Shown here piece after piece: positions 20,442-32,414 of a DNA stretch of 64,000 nt. The notes under the pieces are model-generated. The model had not been told where the DNA came from and searched no databases. It was given only the letters and a program-made list of their open reading frames with translations. The first letter of the stretch is position 1. Each line of letters starts with the position of its first letter. Origin of the DNA: Gemmatimonadaceae bacterium (lineage in GTDB: Bacteria; Gemmatimonadota; Gemmatimonadetes; Gemmatimonadales; Gemmatimonadaceae); NCBI GenBank assembly GCA_040902005.1, contig JBBDYA010000045.1, forward strand, positions 99,933 to 163,932, read 5' to 3'. The position numbers and the translations under genes were made by a program.

Positions 20442-22775
20442 GTGAGTAATCCGCAGCTCAGGCGCGAGCTGAGCGGCATCGCGCTCCTCCTGTTTGCCGT
20501 CTTCCTGGGCGGGGCCCTGGGTGTGGTGGGTGTCGCGGAATTGCGCGGCGGCGTGAACATCCGCGAGAATGTCGGTCCGGTCGGCTACTACCTCGCCTAT
20601 CCGCTCGTGTGGCTGGTGGGCTGGCCGGCGGCATTGATGGCACCGTTGGCCCCCGCCGTGCACGCGCTGCGCGTGTTTGGACGTCTCGAATCGGCCACTG
20701 ATCGCAAGTGGATGATGTTCTTCGCGGGTGTGGTGACGCTCGTGCCGATCGCCGTGGCGCTGGCGGCGAATCCGTCGCCGGGAGAGGAGTCCCGCGCTGC
20801 TGGGCTCTGGGGATCGTTCGTCGCGTACTACTGGCGTGGTTGGTTCGGCGGTTTCGGCGCGTGGCTTGCCTGGGTGTCCGCCGCGTCGGCGCTGATGGTC
20901 GCGACCCTCGCCTGGAATCCTCTTCGCGCGCTGGTGGGACGCGCCGCGGCGCCGGCCGCTGCGGTGGAGGAAACTGCACCGCGTAAGCGCGGGAAAAAGG
21001 TGGCGCTGCCCGACGCCGTGGCTGCCGCGCTCGCGCTCGAGCCGCCTCCGGAGGAAATGCCCTCCATCATGGACGCGGCGCCGTTCCCGATGGGCGCCGA
21101 GGTCGCGCCTGATGCCAGGAAGTCCCGGAAGCGGAAACCGAAGGACGAGGTTGCCGACGGCGATCGCGCAGCGGAGCCCGTGATCGCCGCGCTCGTCAGC
21201 ACGCCTGACGTCATGGGCGATGAGCTGCCCGGGCCGGAATTGCTGACCAACCTGCCGGAGCGTGACCGTGCCAGCGGGGATCAGGCGCTCGATGCCATGG
21301 GCGTGAAGCTCATGGACGCGTTGCGCACGTTCCGGATTGAAGGATTGCTCGTGGGCCGCACGACGGGCCCCGCGGTCACGCAGTTCGAGATCGAGCCGGC
21401 CCCCGGCGTCAAGGTACGGCAGATCGCGAACCTCTCGAACGACCTGGCACTCGCGATGCGCGCGGCGAGCATCCGGATCGTCGCGCCGATTCCGGGACGC
21501 GGTGCGGTCGGGGTGGAGGTGCCGAACCCCGATCCGGAAATGGTGGCGTTCCGGGAATTGATCGAGACCAAGGAATTCCGGAGCGCCCGCGCGGCGCTAC
21601 CGATTGCCATTGGCAAGGACCTCGAAGGCAAGCCGGTCATATCGGACCTGGCCAAAATGCCGCACCTGCTCATCGCGGGCGCCACGGGGTCCGGCAAATC
21701 GGTATGCGTCAACACCATCGTCACCAGCCTCATCTACCGCCACACGCCGCGCACCCTGCGGCTGCTCATGGTGGACCCGAAGATGGTCGAGCTGTCCGTG
21801 TACAACACCCTGCCGCACCTGCGGCACAAGGTGGTCACGGACAATCGCGACGCCGCGGCCGTGCTCAAATGGGCGGTGCTGGAGATGCAGGATCGCTACG
21901 AACTGCTGGCCGCGAACGCCTGCCGTAACATCCAGGACTTCAATCGTCGCGTGCAGGACAGCGCGCCGCTCAAACTGCAGAAGAACAGGGAGGTCGCGTT
22001 CGAGGATCTGGCGTACCGGGGCGGCATCCTGCCGTACATTGTCGTGGTCATCGACGAGATGGCCGACCTGATGATGACGGTGCAGGGCGAAGTCGAAACG
22101 CCGATCGCGATGCTGGCGCAGAAGGCGCGCGCCATCGGCATCCATCTCATTCTGGCCACGCAGCGCCCCAGCGTGAACGTCATCACGGGGCTGATCAAGG
22201 CGAACTTTCCCAGCCGCATCGCGTTTCGGGTCGCGTCGCAAGTGGACAGCCGGACGATCATCGACGGCGCGGGCGCGGAGAGCCTGCTGGGGAACGGCGA
22301 CATGCTGTTCATTCCGCCGGGCAAGTCGGAGCCGGCACGCATGCAGGGTGCGTTCATTTCGAGCGAGGACACCGAGCGGCTCATGGCGTGGTACGATGAG
22401 CGCCGTGCCGCGAAACGAGCCGCGTTCGCCGCCCAGGGACTCATGCTCGAGGAGGCGTCGGACACCGAGGACGACATCATCGCCAAGGTGCGTGAGCGGG
22501 AGGCGCTGGACGCCAGTATCGCCGACGGCGGCGATCCAGCGGAAGCAGGCGAACGCGACAAGCTGTTCCGCGAGGCCGCGGAAACCGTCATCCAGCACCA
22601 GCAGGGCTCGACGTCACTGCTCCAGCGGCGCCTCAAGGTGGGGTACGGCCGGGCGGCCCGGATCATCGACCAGCTGCACTCGGCCGGGGTGCTCGGCCCC
22701 CCCGACGGGTCCAAGCCGCGCGATGTCCTGGTGGGCCTGGAGGATCTCGACCGCATCTGCGGTCCGCGCGCGTGA
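20442..22775 (+). CDS. ftsK: DNA translocase FtsK
   Basis: N-terminal TM helices; MPHLLIAGATGSGKS, IDEMADLM, LATQRPSV; gamma domain SLLQRRLKVGYGRAARIID. Confidence 0.96.
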   Translation: MSNPQLRRELSGIALLLFAVFLGGALGVVGVAELRGGVNIRENVGPVGYYLAYPLVWLVGWPAALMAPLAPAVHALRVFGRLESATDRKWMMFFAGVVTLVPIAVALAANPSPGEESRAAGLWGSFVAYYWRGWFGGFGAWLAWVSAASALMVATLAWNPLRALVGRAAAPAAAVEETAPRKRGKKVALPDAVAAALALEPPPEEMPSIMDAAPFPMGAEVAPDARKSRKRKPKDEVADGDRAAEPVIAALVSTPDVMGDELPGPELLTNLPERDRASGDQALDAMGVKLMDALRTFRIEGLLVGRTTGPAVTQFEIEPAPGVKVRQIANLSNDLALAMRAASIRIVAPIPGRGAVGVEVPNPDPEMVAFRELIETKEFRSARAALPIAIGKDLEGKPVISDLAKMPHLLIAGATGSGKSVCVNTIVTSLIYRHTPRTLRLLMVDPKMVELSVYNTLPHLRHKVVTDNRDAAAVLKWAVLEMQDRYELLAANACRNIQDFNRRVQDSAPLKLQKNREVAFEDLAYRGGILPYIVVVIDEMADLMMTVQGEVETPIAMLAQKARAIGIHLILATQRPSVNVITGLIKANFPSRIAFRVASQVDSRTIIDGAGAESLLGNGDMLFIPPGKSEPARMQGAFISSEDTERLMAWYDERRAAKRAAFAAQGLMLEEASDTEDDIIAKVREREALDASIADGGDPAEAGERDKLFREAAETVIQHQQGSTSLLQRRLKVGYGRAARIIDQLHSAGVLGPPDGSKPRDVLVGLEDLDRICGPRA

Positions 22776-23548
22776 CCGCGCGGCGCACGTCTGCGCTGCT
22801 GGGCGGCATGCTCGTCGCAGCCGCATCGATGAGCGGTCGGGCACAAGACGCGCCGCAAGCGCGCACGCTGGCCATGGACAGCGCGCGGATCCAGCCTGTG
22901 TACCGCACGTACGACATGATTATCCATCGCGCCGACTCGGCCACGGTGATCGGGCAGAGCGTGGTGGCGCTGATGCCGGCCTCCCATGCAGGCGCGGACG
23001 CGTGGCGGCTGGTGGAAACACGCTCCGGAGCGGTACGCGCTGCGGACTCGCTCTGGTTCGCTCTGGACGGCAGGCCGCTGTCCTGGTCGTCCACGGTGGG
23101 GCCCGCCCAACTCACCGCGCAGTTCGTTGGGGACTCGATCTTTGGCGCGGCGACCGCCGGCCGGGCGCGAAACGACATCGTCATGGAAGGCCATCCCGAC
23201 CTGCTCGTCACCGGTGCCTTTACCTCCGTAATGCTCGGATGGTTGCCGTTGAGCGAGAGTTGGAGCGATTCGGTCACCGTGCTCGAGATCGACCTGGCGA
23301 AGGCCAGCGTCATTCCCGCCGAAATGATCGTGGCTGCGATGGAGGAACTTCTGGTGGACGCCGTCACACCACGCCCCGCCTGGGTCGTCGCGTTGCGCAC
23401 GGCGCAGAGACAGTCGCTCTTCTGGGTGGACCGCGAAACGGGGGTGGTGCTCCGGATACAAGAGAATCTGCCCTCCCACATCGGCACCATGCTCGAGTAC
23501 CGGATTCATCCCATCCCCCGGCTGCGCCTCCCGCGCTATTGGCCCTGA
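22772..23548 (+). CDS. Hypothetical exported beta-rich protein
   Basis: Signal-peptide-like N-terminus; GTGA and TGATG coupling to both neighbours. Confidence 0.6.
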   Translation: MTARRTSALLGGMLVAAASMSGRAQDAPQARTLAMDSARIQPVYRTYDMIIHRADSATVIGQSVVALMPASHAGADAWRLVETRSGAVRAADSLWFALDGRPLSWSSTVGPAQLTAQFVGDSIFGAATAGRARNDIVMEGHPDLLVTGAFTSVMLGWLPLSESWSDSVTVLEIDLAKASVIPAEMIVAAMEELLVDAVTPRPAWVVALRTAQRQSLFWVDRETGVVLRIQENLPSHIGTMLEYRIHPIPRLRLPRYWP

Positions 23549-24303
23549 TGGGCAATCCTCTCCTGGACCCGAACGCACGCCTGGTGGTCGCCCATCGCGG
23601 CAACGCGGTGCGCGCGCCCGAGAATACCATCGACGCGTTGCGGGAAGCGGTTGACCTTGGCGCCGATGCCCTCGAGTTCGACGTCAGAATGACACGCGAC
23701 GGCGTGCCTGTACTCCTCCACGATGCCGAACTCGATCGGACGACGGACCGGCGCGGTCGATTGTCCGACTGGTCCCTGGCGGACGTGCAGGAGCTGAACG
23801 CGGGCGCGCGATTCCCCCATCGTGCCGGCGCGCCCGCCCGCATACCGTCTCTGGAGGAAGTGCTTGACACGTTTCGCGACCTTCCGCTCATCATCGAGGT
23901 GAAGGAGCTGGCGGCGGTGGACGCCACGGAGCGCCTTATCAGGCGGTTTGGCGCACAGGAGCACGTCGTAGTTGGATCACTGGAGGCGGATGTTTCCGCC
24001 CGCTTCTACCGGTCCGGTCTCGCCTGCTGCGCGAGCGTGACGGACGCAATGCGATTACTGCCCGTGGCGCTCCTGGGGTGGACACCGTCGCGACCGGCGT
24101 TCCAGGTACTCTCGCTGACGCCGCGATACTACGGCGCTCCCGTGCCGATCGCGCGCATGGTGGCCGCTGCCCGGCGGGCGGGCATTGCCACCCACGTGTG
24201 GACGGTCAACGACCCGGCGGAGGCGTTGCGCCTCTGGGAGGCAGGCGTGGCCGGCATTCTCACCGACGATCCACAGGCAATACTAGGCGCTAGGCGGCGA
24301 TGA
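23548..24303 (+). CDS. Glycerophosphodiester phosphodiesterase family protein
   Basis: AHRG, PENT, EFDV, HD..LDRTT, IEVK, WTVND, GILTDDP. Confidence 0.9.
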   Translation: MGNPLLDPNARLVVAHRGNAVRAPENTIDALREAVDLGADALEFDVRMTRDGVPVLLHDAELDRTTDRRGRLSDWSLADVQELNAGARFPHRAGAPARIPSLEEVLDTFRDLPLIIEVKELAAVDATERLIRRFGAQEHVVVGSLEADVSARFYRSGLACCASVTDAMRLLPVALLGWTPSRPAFQVLSLTPRYYGAPVPIARMVAAARRAGIATHVWTVNDPAEALRLWEAGVAGILTDDPQAILGARRR

Positions 24304-24345
24304 ATTGGTGACGGAGCAGGGGCGCTCCGGCGCTACACTGCCCCC

Positions 24346-24720
24346 ATGTCAGCGGCCAGGCAGGCATTTGGTGAGCTTGGAGAGCGTATCGCGGAACGGT
24401 GGCTCCGGCGGCGAGGCTGGAGGGTAGTCCAGCGCCGGTTTCGGAATGGGCGCCGGGACATCGATTTGGTGGTCGAGCGGGATTGCACCGTCGCCTTCGT
24501 CGAGGTCAAAGCTCGGAAAGGCACGGAATTCGGAGGTCCGGTTCAGGCTGTTAACTGGCGCAAACGCAAAGAGTTACAGCGTTCAGCCATGGTCTGGATC
24601 GACCGCCACGGTCGGAAGGCGGACTCTTACAGGTTCGATGTGGTCGGCGTGCTGCTCAATGGCGCCGAAGTTTGGGTCTGCCACGTCGAAAACGCCTTTG
24701 ACCTCGCAAATTCCGCTTGA
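24346..24720 (+). CDS. yraN: YraN/UPF0102 family endonuclease-like protein
   Basis: GELGE..A..WL, DIDLV, FVEVKAR, RFDVV. Confidence 0.9.
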   Translation: MSAARQAFGELGERIAERWLRRRGWRVVQRRFRNGRRDIDLVVERDCTVAFVEVKARKGTEFGGPVQAVNWRKRKELQRSAMVWIDRHGRKADSYRFDVVGVLLNGAEVWVCHVENAFDLANSA

Positions 24721-24749
24721 TTAATCTCGCGCGCTTCGTATTTTCTTCG
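24717..24749 (+). promoter_or_regulatory. Candidate recA promoter with overlapping direct repeat (putative SOS box)
   Basis: TTGATT (24717-24722)-N16-TATTTT (24739-24744). CTTCG at 24734-24738 and 24745-24749, i.e. CTTC-N7-CTTC, flanks the -10. Confidence 0.45.
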
Positions 24750-24834
24750 GGTACCGGATTGCGGGCTATGCGCGGTGCGTCTAGCCAGCCAGGCCATCAG
24801 GGCGGACCTTTCACAAACAGGGTGGGCGACGACC

Positions 24835-25875
24835 ATGGCTGTTTCATCCATTATGGACGACAAGAAGAAAGCGCTGAACCTGGCCATCGCGCAGATCGAG
24901 AAGAGTTGCGGCAAGGGCTCGATCATGCGACTCGGTGCGGACAACAAGGTTCGCGTCGAGGCGATCCCCACGGGTGCGATCAATCTCGATGCGGCGATCG
25001 GCGTGGGCGGCATTCCGCGCGGACGCGTCACCGAGATTTACGGGCCCGAGTCCAGCGGGAAGACGACGCTGACGCTCCATGTCGTTGCCAATGCGCAGCG
25101 ACAGGGCGGCGTGGCCGCCTTCATCGACGCCGAGCATGCGCTGGACATCGAATACGCGCGCAAGCTGGGCGTGGACGTGGACGCGCTGCTGATCTCCCAG
25201 CCGGATACCGGGGAGCAGGCGCTCGAGATCTGCGAGATCCTCGTGCGCTCGGGCGCGGTTGACGTTGTCGTGATCGATTCGGTCGCCGCGCTCGTGCCCA
25301 AGGCGGAGATCGAAGGCGACATGGGCGACAGCCACGTGGGCCTTCAGGCGCGGCTGATGAGTCAGGCGCTCCGCAAGCTCACGGGCGCCATCGCGCGGTC
25401 CCGGACGTCGGTGGTCTTCATCAACCAGTTGCGCGAGAAGATCGGCGTCATGTTCGGGAATCCCGAAACGACGACCGGTGGCAAGGCGCTGAAGTTCTAC
25501 GCGTCACTGCGACTCGACATCCGGCGCATCGGCCCGGTCAAGGACAAGGAGGAGGTGGTGGGCTCGCACGTCCGCGTGAAGGTGGTGAAGAACAAGGTGG
25601 CGGCTCCGTTCCGCCAGGCCGAGTTCGACATCATGTATGCGGAGGGCATCAGCCACACGTCGCTCCTGGTCGATATCGGCGCCGAGGCGAACATCATCGA
25701 GAAGTCGGGTGCGTGGTACAGCTACAACGGACAGAAGATCGGGCAGGGGCGTGAGAATGCGAAGCTGTACCTCAAGGACAATCCGGCACTGCTGGCGGAG
25801 ATCGAGGAGCGGGTGAAGGGCATTCTCGGGATGACGGCCAAACCGGAGGTCGAGGAAGTCGCCGAGGAGGAATAG
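24835..25875 (+). CDS. recA: Recombinase RecA
   Basis: [44 protein letters not shown]. Confidence 0.99.
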   Translation: MAVSSIMDDKKKALNLAIAQIEKSCGKGSIMRLGADNKVRVEAIPTGAINLDAAIGVGGIPRGRVTEIYGPESSGKTTLTLHVVANAQRQGGVAAFIDAEHALDIEYARKLGVDVDALLISQPDTGEQALEICEILVRSGAVDVVVIDSVAALVPKAEIEGDMGDSHVGLQARLMSQALRKLTGAIARSRTSVVFINQLREKIGVMFGNPETTTGGKALKFYASLRLDIRRIGPVKDKEEVVGSHVRVKVVKNKVAAPFRQAEFDIMYAEGISHTSLLVDIGAEANIIEKSGAWYSYNGQKIGQGRENAKLYLKDNPALLAEIEERVKGILGMTAKPEVEEVAEEE

Positions 25876-25896
25876 CGATTGAAGAACGCCTGTTCC

Positions 25897-25975
25897 AAGC
25901 CGGGGAGAGGCACTCTGGACATGATGGGACCCGGAAACTCCCATGATGTACAGAGCGTCGCTCCCCGGCTTTTTT
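25897..25975 (+). terminator. Long (~75 nt) imperfect hairpin followed by a U-tract between recA and recX
   Basis: AAGCCGGGGAG/CTCCCCGGCTT, CTCTG/CAGAG, ACAT/ATGT and ATGGGA/TCCCAT stacked around a 9-nt loop, then T6. Confidence 0.65.
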
Positions 25976-25990
25976 CGTCCTGAGCCGCCG

Positions 25991-26485
25991 ATGTCCAGAC
26001 TCGAGTCCACCCCATACGATCAGGCCTTGCACCTGCTCGCGTTCCGCGCCCGCTCCGAGGCCGAGCTTCGCCATCGGCTGATGCAGATGGCGCGGGGTTC
26101 AGGCGGGGACGCAGCGGCGGTGGAGGACGCGATCCTCCGCCTGCGCGAGCAGAAGGTGCTGGACGACGAGGACTTTGCGCGGCAGTTCGCCCGGCACAAG
26201 CTGGCGGGCGCACGCGCCTCGCGCCGCCGGATTGTGCAGGAACTGGCGCGCAAGGGCATCCCGCGTGACGTCGCAGACCGGGCCATCGCTGACGTGACCG
26301 AGAACGAGGCCGTGGATCCGGCGGCTGCCGCGCACCGTGCGGCGGCGAAGAAATGGAAGTCGCTGTCGTCCCTCGACGAGCCAACCCGACGGCGTCGGGT
26401 GTACGCGTTCCTCGCGCGCCGCGGATTCGATGCCGACGAGATCCGAGCGGTGCTGGCAGAATTGGGCGTGGAGACCGACACGTAG
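25991..26485 (+). CDS. recX: Regulatory protein RecX
   Basis: ALHLLAFRARSEAELR, LDDEDFA, ELARKGI, FLARRGF; lies between recA and alaS. Confidence 0.9.
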   Translation: MSRLESTPYDQALHLLAFRARSEAELRHRLMQMARGSGGDAAAVEDAILRLREQKVLDDEDFARQFARHKLAGARASRRRIVQELARKGIPRDVADRAIADVTENEAVDPAAAAHRAAAKKWKSLSSLDEPTRRRRVYAFLARRGFDADEIRAVLAELGVETDT

Positions 26486-26526
26486 GCGCGTTGGGGAAAG
26501 CGCGGCCCGTCCGTATATTGCCGCAT

Positions 26527-29312
<2,786 letters not shown>

Positions 29313-29316
<4 letters not shown>

Positions 29317-29639
29317 CGGTCGCTGACTGGATCGCCAGCCGCTCGCCGCAGGTGCCAGAGGCCCTTCGCCTCAGGATCATGACGGCCCTGGGCGACGCGT
29401 CGGACGATTCGCAGGAGCGCACCGCGGACGCCTGTTTTGCCGCCGCGACCCGACTGCTGGAGGGCCTTCTTGGCGAACGCCGCTTCGACCGCAGTGGAGC
29501 CATCGATCTGCTCACGGTGGACGCGCTGGTGACCTATGCCTGCGATCATGCCAGTGCATGCCGGAGCGCGTCGGAACTCGCGGCGTTTGTCAGACAGGGG
29601 CGTGGGACGATCAGTCACCTCGCGACCGCCCGTGTCTGA
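29313..29639 (+). CDS. Hypothetical protein
   Basis: 108-aa ORF overlapping the alaS stop (GTGA) and the gmhA start; contains A.DLL..DALVTYA. Confidence 0.6.
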
Positions 29640-30195
29640 CCGATTCGGCACGCCTCTCCGCGAGCTGGCGGACGTGGCGCAGCGAGCCGTCGCGGAGCTC
29701 GGTCCCGATCTCGAGCGCGCCTTCACGATGGTCCGCGACACAGTCCAGCGCGGCGGCACCCTGTTTTTTTGCGGGAACGGCGGAAGCGCCGCGGACGCAC
29801 AGCACATCGCCACCGAATACGTCGTGCGCTACCGGAGGAAGCGCCGCGCCTGCGCCGCAATCGCGCTGACGACGGACACGTCGCTGCTCACTGCCGCGGG
29901 AAACGATCTCGGCTTCGAGGAGGTGTTCGCGCGTCAGGTAGAAGCGCTCTGCAAGCCGGGGGACCTGCTCGTGATTCACACGACGAGCGGTAATTCCGCG
30001 AATCTGGTGCGGGCGGCCGAAGCGGCCCGCGACAAGCACGTGGACGTGCTGGCGATGAGTGCGCGCGATGGGGGCAGGCTGCTGGCACTCGCCACTCATA
30101 CGGTGGTCATCCCCACCGATCGCACGGACAGGGCACAGGAACTTCAGCTGTGCATCCAGCACGCCATCTGCGACGCCGTGGAGCAGGAGCTGTGA
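29632..30195 (+). CDS. gmhA: Phosphoheptose isomerase (SIS domain)
   Basis: CGNGGSAADAQHIATE, TAAGND.G, FARQVEAL, TTSGNS, QE..L...H. Confidence 0.88.
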   Translation: MSDRFGTPLRELADVAQRAVAELGPDLERAFTMVRDTVQRGGTLFFCGNGGSAADAQHIATEYVVRYRRKRRACAAIALTTDTSLLTAAGNDLGFEEVFARQVEALCKPGDLLVIHTTSGNSANLVRAAEAARDKHVDVLAMSARDGGRLLALATHTVVIPTDRTDRAQELQLCIQHAICDAVEQEL

Positions 30196-30947
30196 AGTCG
30201 CTCGCCGGCAAGCGCGCGCTGGTGACGGGCGGGTCCCGCGGCATCGGTGCCGCGACCGCGCTTCTCCTCGCGGAGTGGGGCGCACACGTGGCGGTTGGGT
30301 ATCGTTCTCGGCGCGACGACGCCGAGGCGGTCGCCGAGCAGGCTCGCGCGTGTGGCGTCACCTCTGCGGCGATCGCCGCGGACATTTCCGCGGCGGAGGG
30401 CGCGGATGCGCTCGTCCGAACGGCCGTCGCCCGCCTCGGCGGGCTGGATCTGTTTGTCGGCAACTCAGGCATCTGGATCGTCGACGAGGTGCCGGTGGCG
30501 GAAATGACAGACGACCAGTGGCATCGCACGCTGCGGCAGAACCTGGACTCGATGTTCTTCACGGCCCGGGCGGCGTCCCGCGTGATCTCGGACCATGGCC
30601 GGATGGTGCTTGTGGCCAGCACCGCCGGGCAGCGCGGCGAGGCGAACCATGCGGATTACGCCGCGTCCAAGGGCGCGATGATCGCGTTCGTGAAATCGAT
30701 GTGCGTCGAGTTGGCCGGGCGTGACGTCACCGTGAACGGTGTCGCGCCCGGCTGGGTCGATACGGAGATGGCGGCATTGCCCTATCGAGATGGCGGGCGC
30801 GAACGCATTGCCCGGACTATTCCGCTCGGCCGGGTTGCCGACCCGATGGACATAGCCGGCCCGATTGCGTTTCTCTGCTCGGATCTCGCCAGGCACATCA
30901 CCGGCGAGATCGTGAATGTGAACGGCGGTAGCGTGCTCTGCGGATGA
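30192..30947 (+). CDS. Short-chain dehydrogenase/reductase (FabG-like)
   Basis: TGGSRGIG, YAASK, VAPGWVDT, NVNGG. Confidence 0.9.
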   Translation: MKSLAGKRALVTGGSRGIGAATALLLAEWGAHVAVGYRSRRDDAEAVAEQARACGVTSAAIAADISAAEGADALVRTAVARLGGLDLFVGNSGIWIVDEVPVAEMTDDQWHRTLRQNLDSMFFTARAASRVISDHGRMVLVASTAGQRGEANHADYAASKGAMIAFVKSMCVELAGRDVTVNGVAPGWVDTEMAALPYRDGGRERIARTIPLGRVADPMDIAGPIAFLCSDLARHITGEIVNVNGGSVLCG

Positions 30948-31903
30948 TCGTTCTCATCTTCACCGGTGGGACGATCTCGATGCGCCACGATGCCTCCGCT
31001 GGCGGCGCCGTCCCGGCGCTCGCGGGGCGCGACATACTCGCGCTGGTGCCGCAGTTGAATGAGATCGCGGTCCTCGAGGTGGACGAGTTCGGTGCCTTTC
31101 CCGGTCCGCACATGAGCATCGAGCGCATGTGGGACCTGCGCAACCGGATCGCGCATCATGTCACGCGTCCGGAAGTTCGCGGCATCGTGATCACGCATGG
31201 GACGGACTCGCTCGAGGAGTCCGCCTACTTGTGCGCCCGAACACTCGCCACCGACAAGCCGATCGTGTTCACGGGTGCGATGCGCACCGCCAGCGACATC
31301 GGATGGGATGGCCCGGCGAACATCGGCGCGGCCGTCCGGGTTGCGGCGAGCGATGATGCGCGCGGCTTCGGGGTACTCGTGGTCATGAGCGATCGCATCT
31401 ATGCGGGGCTCGACGTGACGAAGGCGCACACGCACCTGCTGGATGCGTTCGAGAGCCCGGGGCTCGGCCCCCTCGGCGTGGTGGATGATGGACGTGTCGT
31501 CTTCCGTCGCGCGATGCCATCCCCGAGCGACCGGTCGGACGCCCTCCGGCTCGGGGGGCCGGTCGACATCGTCTACGCGTATGCGGGCGCCGATGCCCGG
31601 CTGCTGGACGCCGCGCGAGTGGAGGGGCAGGGCGTCGTGGTGGCGGCGATGGGTCGCGGAAATGTGCCGCCCGCCATGGTGCCGGGTATCGAGCGCTGGC
31701 TCGCGGCCGACAAGCCCGTCGTTCTGGCCTCTCGGGCGCCACGCGGGCGCGTGGGACATACTTACGGCTACTACGGTGGCGGGCGGCGGCTGTACGACCT
31801 GGGCGTCATCTTCGCCGGCAGCAGGCGCCCGCAGCAGGCGCGCATCGATCTCCTGCTGGCGCTCGGGTCGGGCGCGGACCTTCGCGACGTTTTCGAGCCG
31901 TAA
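30944..31903 (+). CDS. L-asparaginase (class 1, bacterial type I/II fold)
   Basis: TGGTISM, THGTDSLEE, TGAMR, DGPAN. Confidence 0.9.
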   Translation: MIVLIFTGGTISMRHDASAGGAVPALAGRDILALVPQLNEIAVLEVDEFGAFPGPHMSIERMWDLRNRIAHHVTRPEVRGIVITHGTDSLEESAYLCARTLATDKPIVFTGAMRTASDIGWDGPANIGAAVRVAASDDARGFGVLVVMSDRIYAGLDVTKAHTHLLDAFESPGLGPLGVVDDGRVVFRRAMPSPSDRSDALRLGGPVDIVYAYAGADARLLDAARVEGQGVVVAAMGRGNVPPAMVPGIERWLAADKPVVLASRAPRGRVGHTYGYYGGGRRLYDLGVIFAGSRRPQQARIDLLLALGSGADLRDVFEP

Positions 31904-31918
31904 GGGCTTGGTGCGGAG

Positions 31919-32317
31919 TCAGTTGGGGAGCGCCCGGCGATCCCATTGCTGGAAGCAGCGCCAATCGAATTCGTGGGCGGCGCGCCTCTGGTCGGGAAAG
32001 CCGAAATAGTCCACGTACCCTTCGCTCTCGGCGCGCCAGCGGCAATCCCAGACGAAGTCGAAGACATGCGGGCCGGTGCTGGTGTGCACCTCGACCGATC
32101 CCCTGAAGTCGGAGCAGCCGGACGAACCCCTGATCACCACATGCTGGATCCCGAGACCCGATTCCTGATTCAGGAGCTGTGTCAACAGCCGACGCACTTT
32201 GATCGGCGGAACGTAGTTTTCGACCTTCAGCAGCTCGGTATGACTGCCAGCCAGGAACGACGCGACAGCAGTCTTGAAGTCGGGGGTGGCGCGGGAGCTT
32301 TGCAGCAGAGTGTCCAT
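31919..32317 (-). CDS. Hypothetical protein
   Basis: 132-aa ORF filling the gap between + strand genes; aromatic-rich C-terminus (FVWDCRW, DYFGFPDQ, FDWRCF). Confidence 0.65.
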   Translation of the reverse strand: MDTLLQSSRATPDFKTAVASFLAGSHTELLKVENYVPPIKVRRLLTQLLNQESGLGIQHVVIRGSSGCSDFRGSVEVHTSTGPHVFDFVWDCRWRAESEGYVDYFGFPDQRRAAHEFDWRCFQQWDRRALPN

Positions 32318-32414
32318 GTGTTCAGGAAGGCCGTGAAGTCAGGTGAGCTGAAATAGCTGAAGTCATTGCAGGTCAACGCAATATCGCGAGTAATCAACGC
32401 GGCTGGAAGCCCGG

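Noticed and set aside
25897..25975. SRP RNA, 6S RNA or T-box identity for the recA-recX hairpin
   Set aside because: It lacks the SRP domain IV consensus and the T-box sequence, and is too short for 6S with no central bubble.
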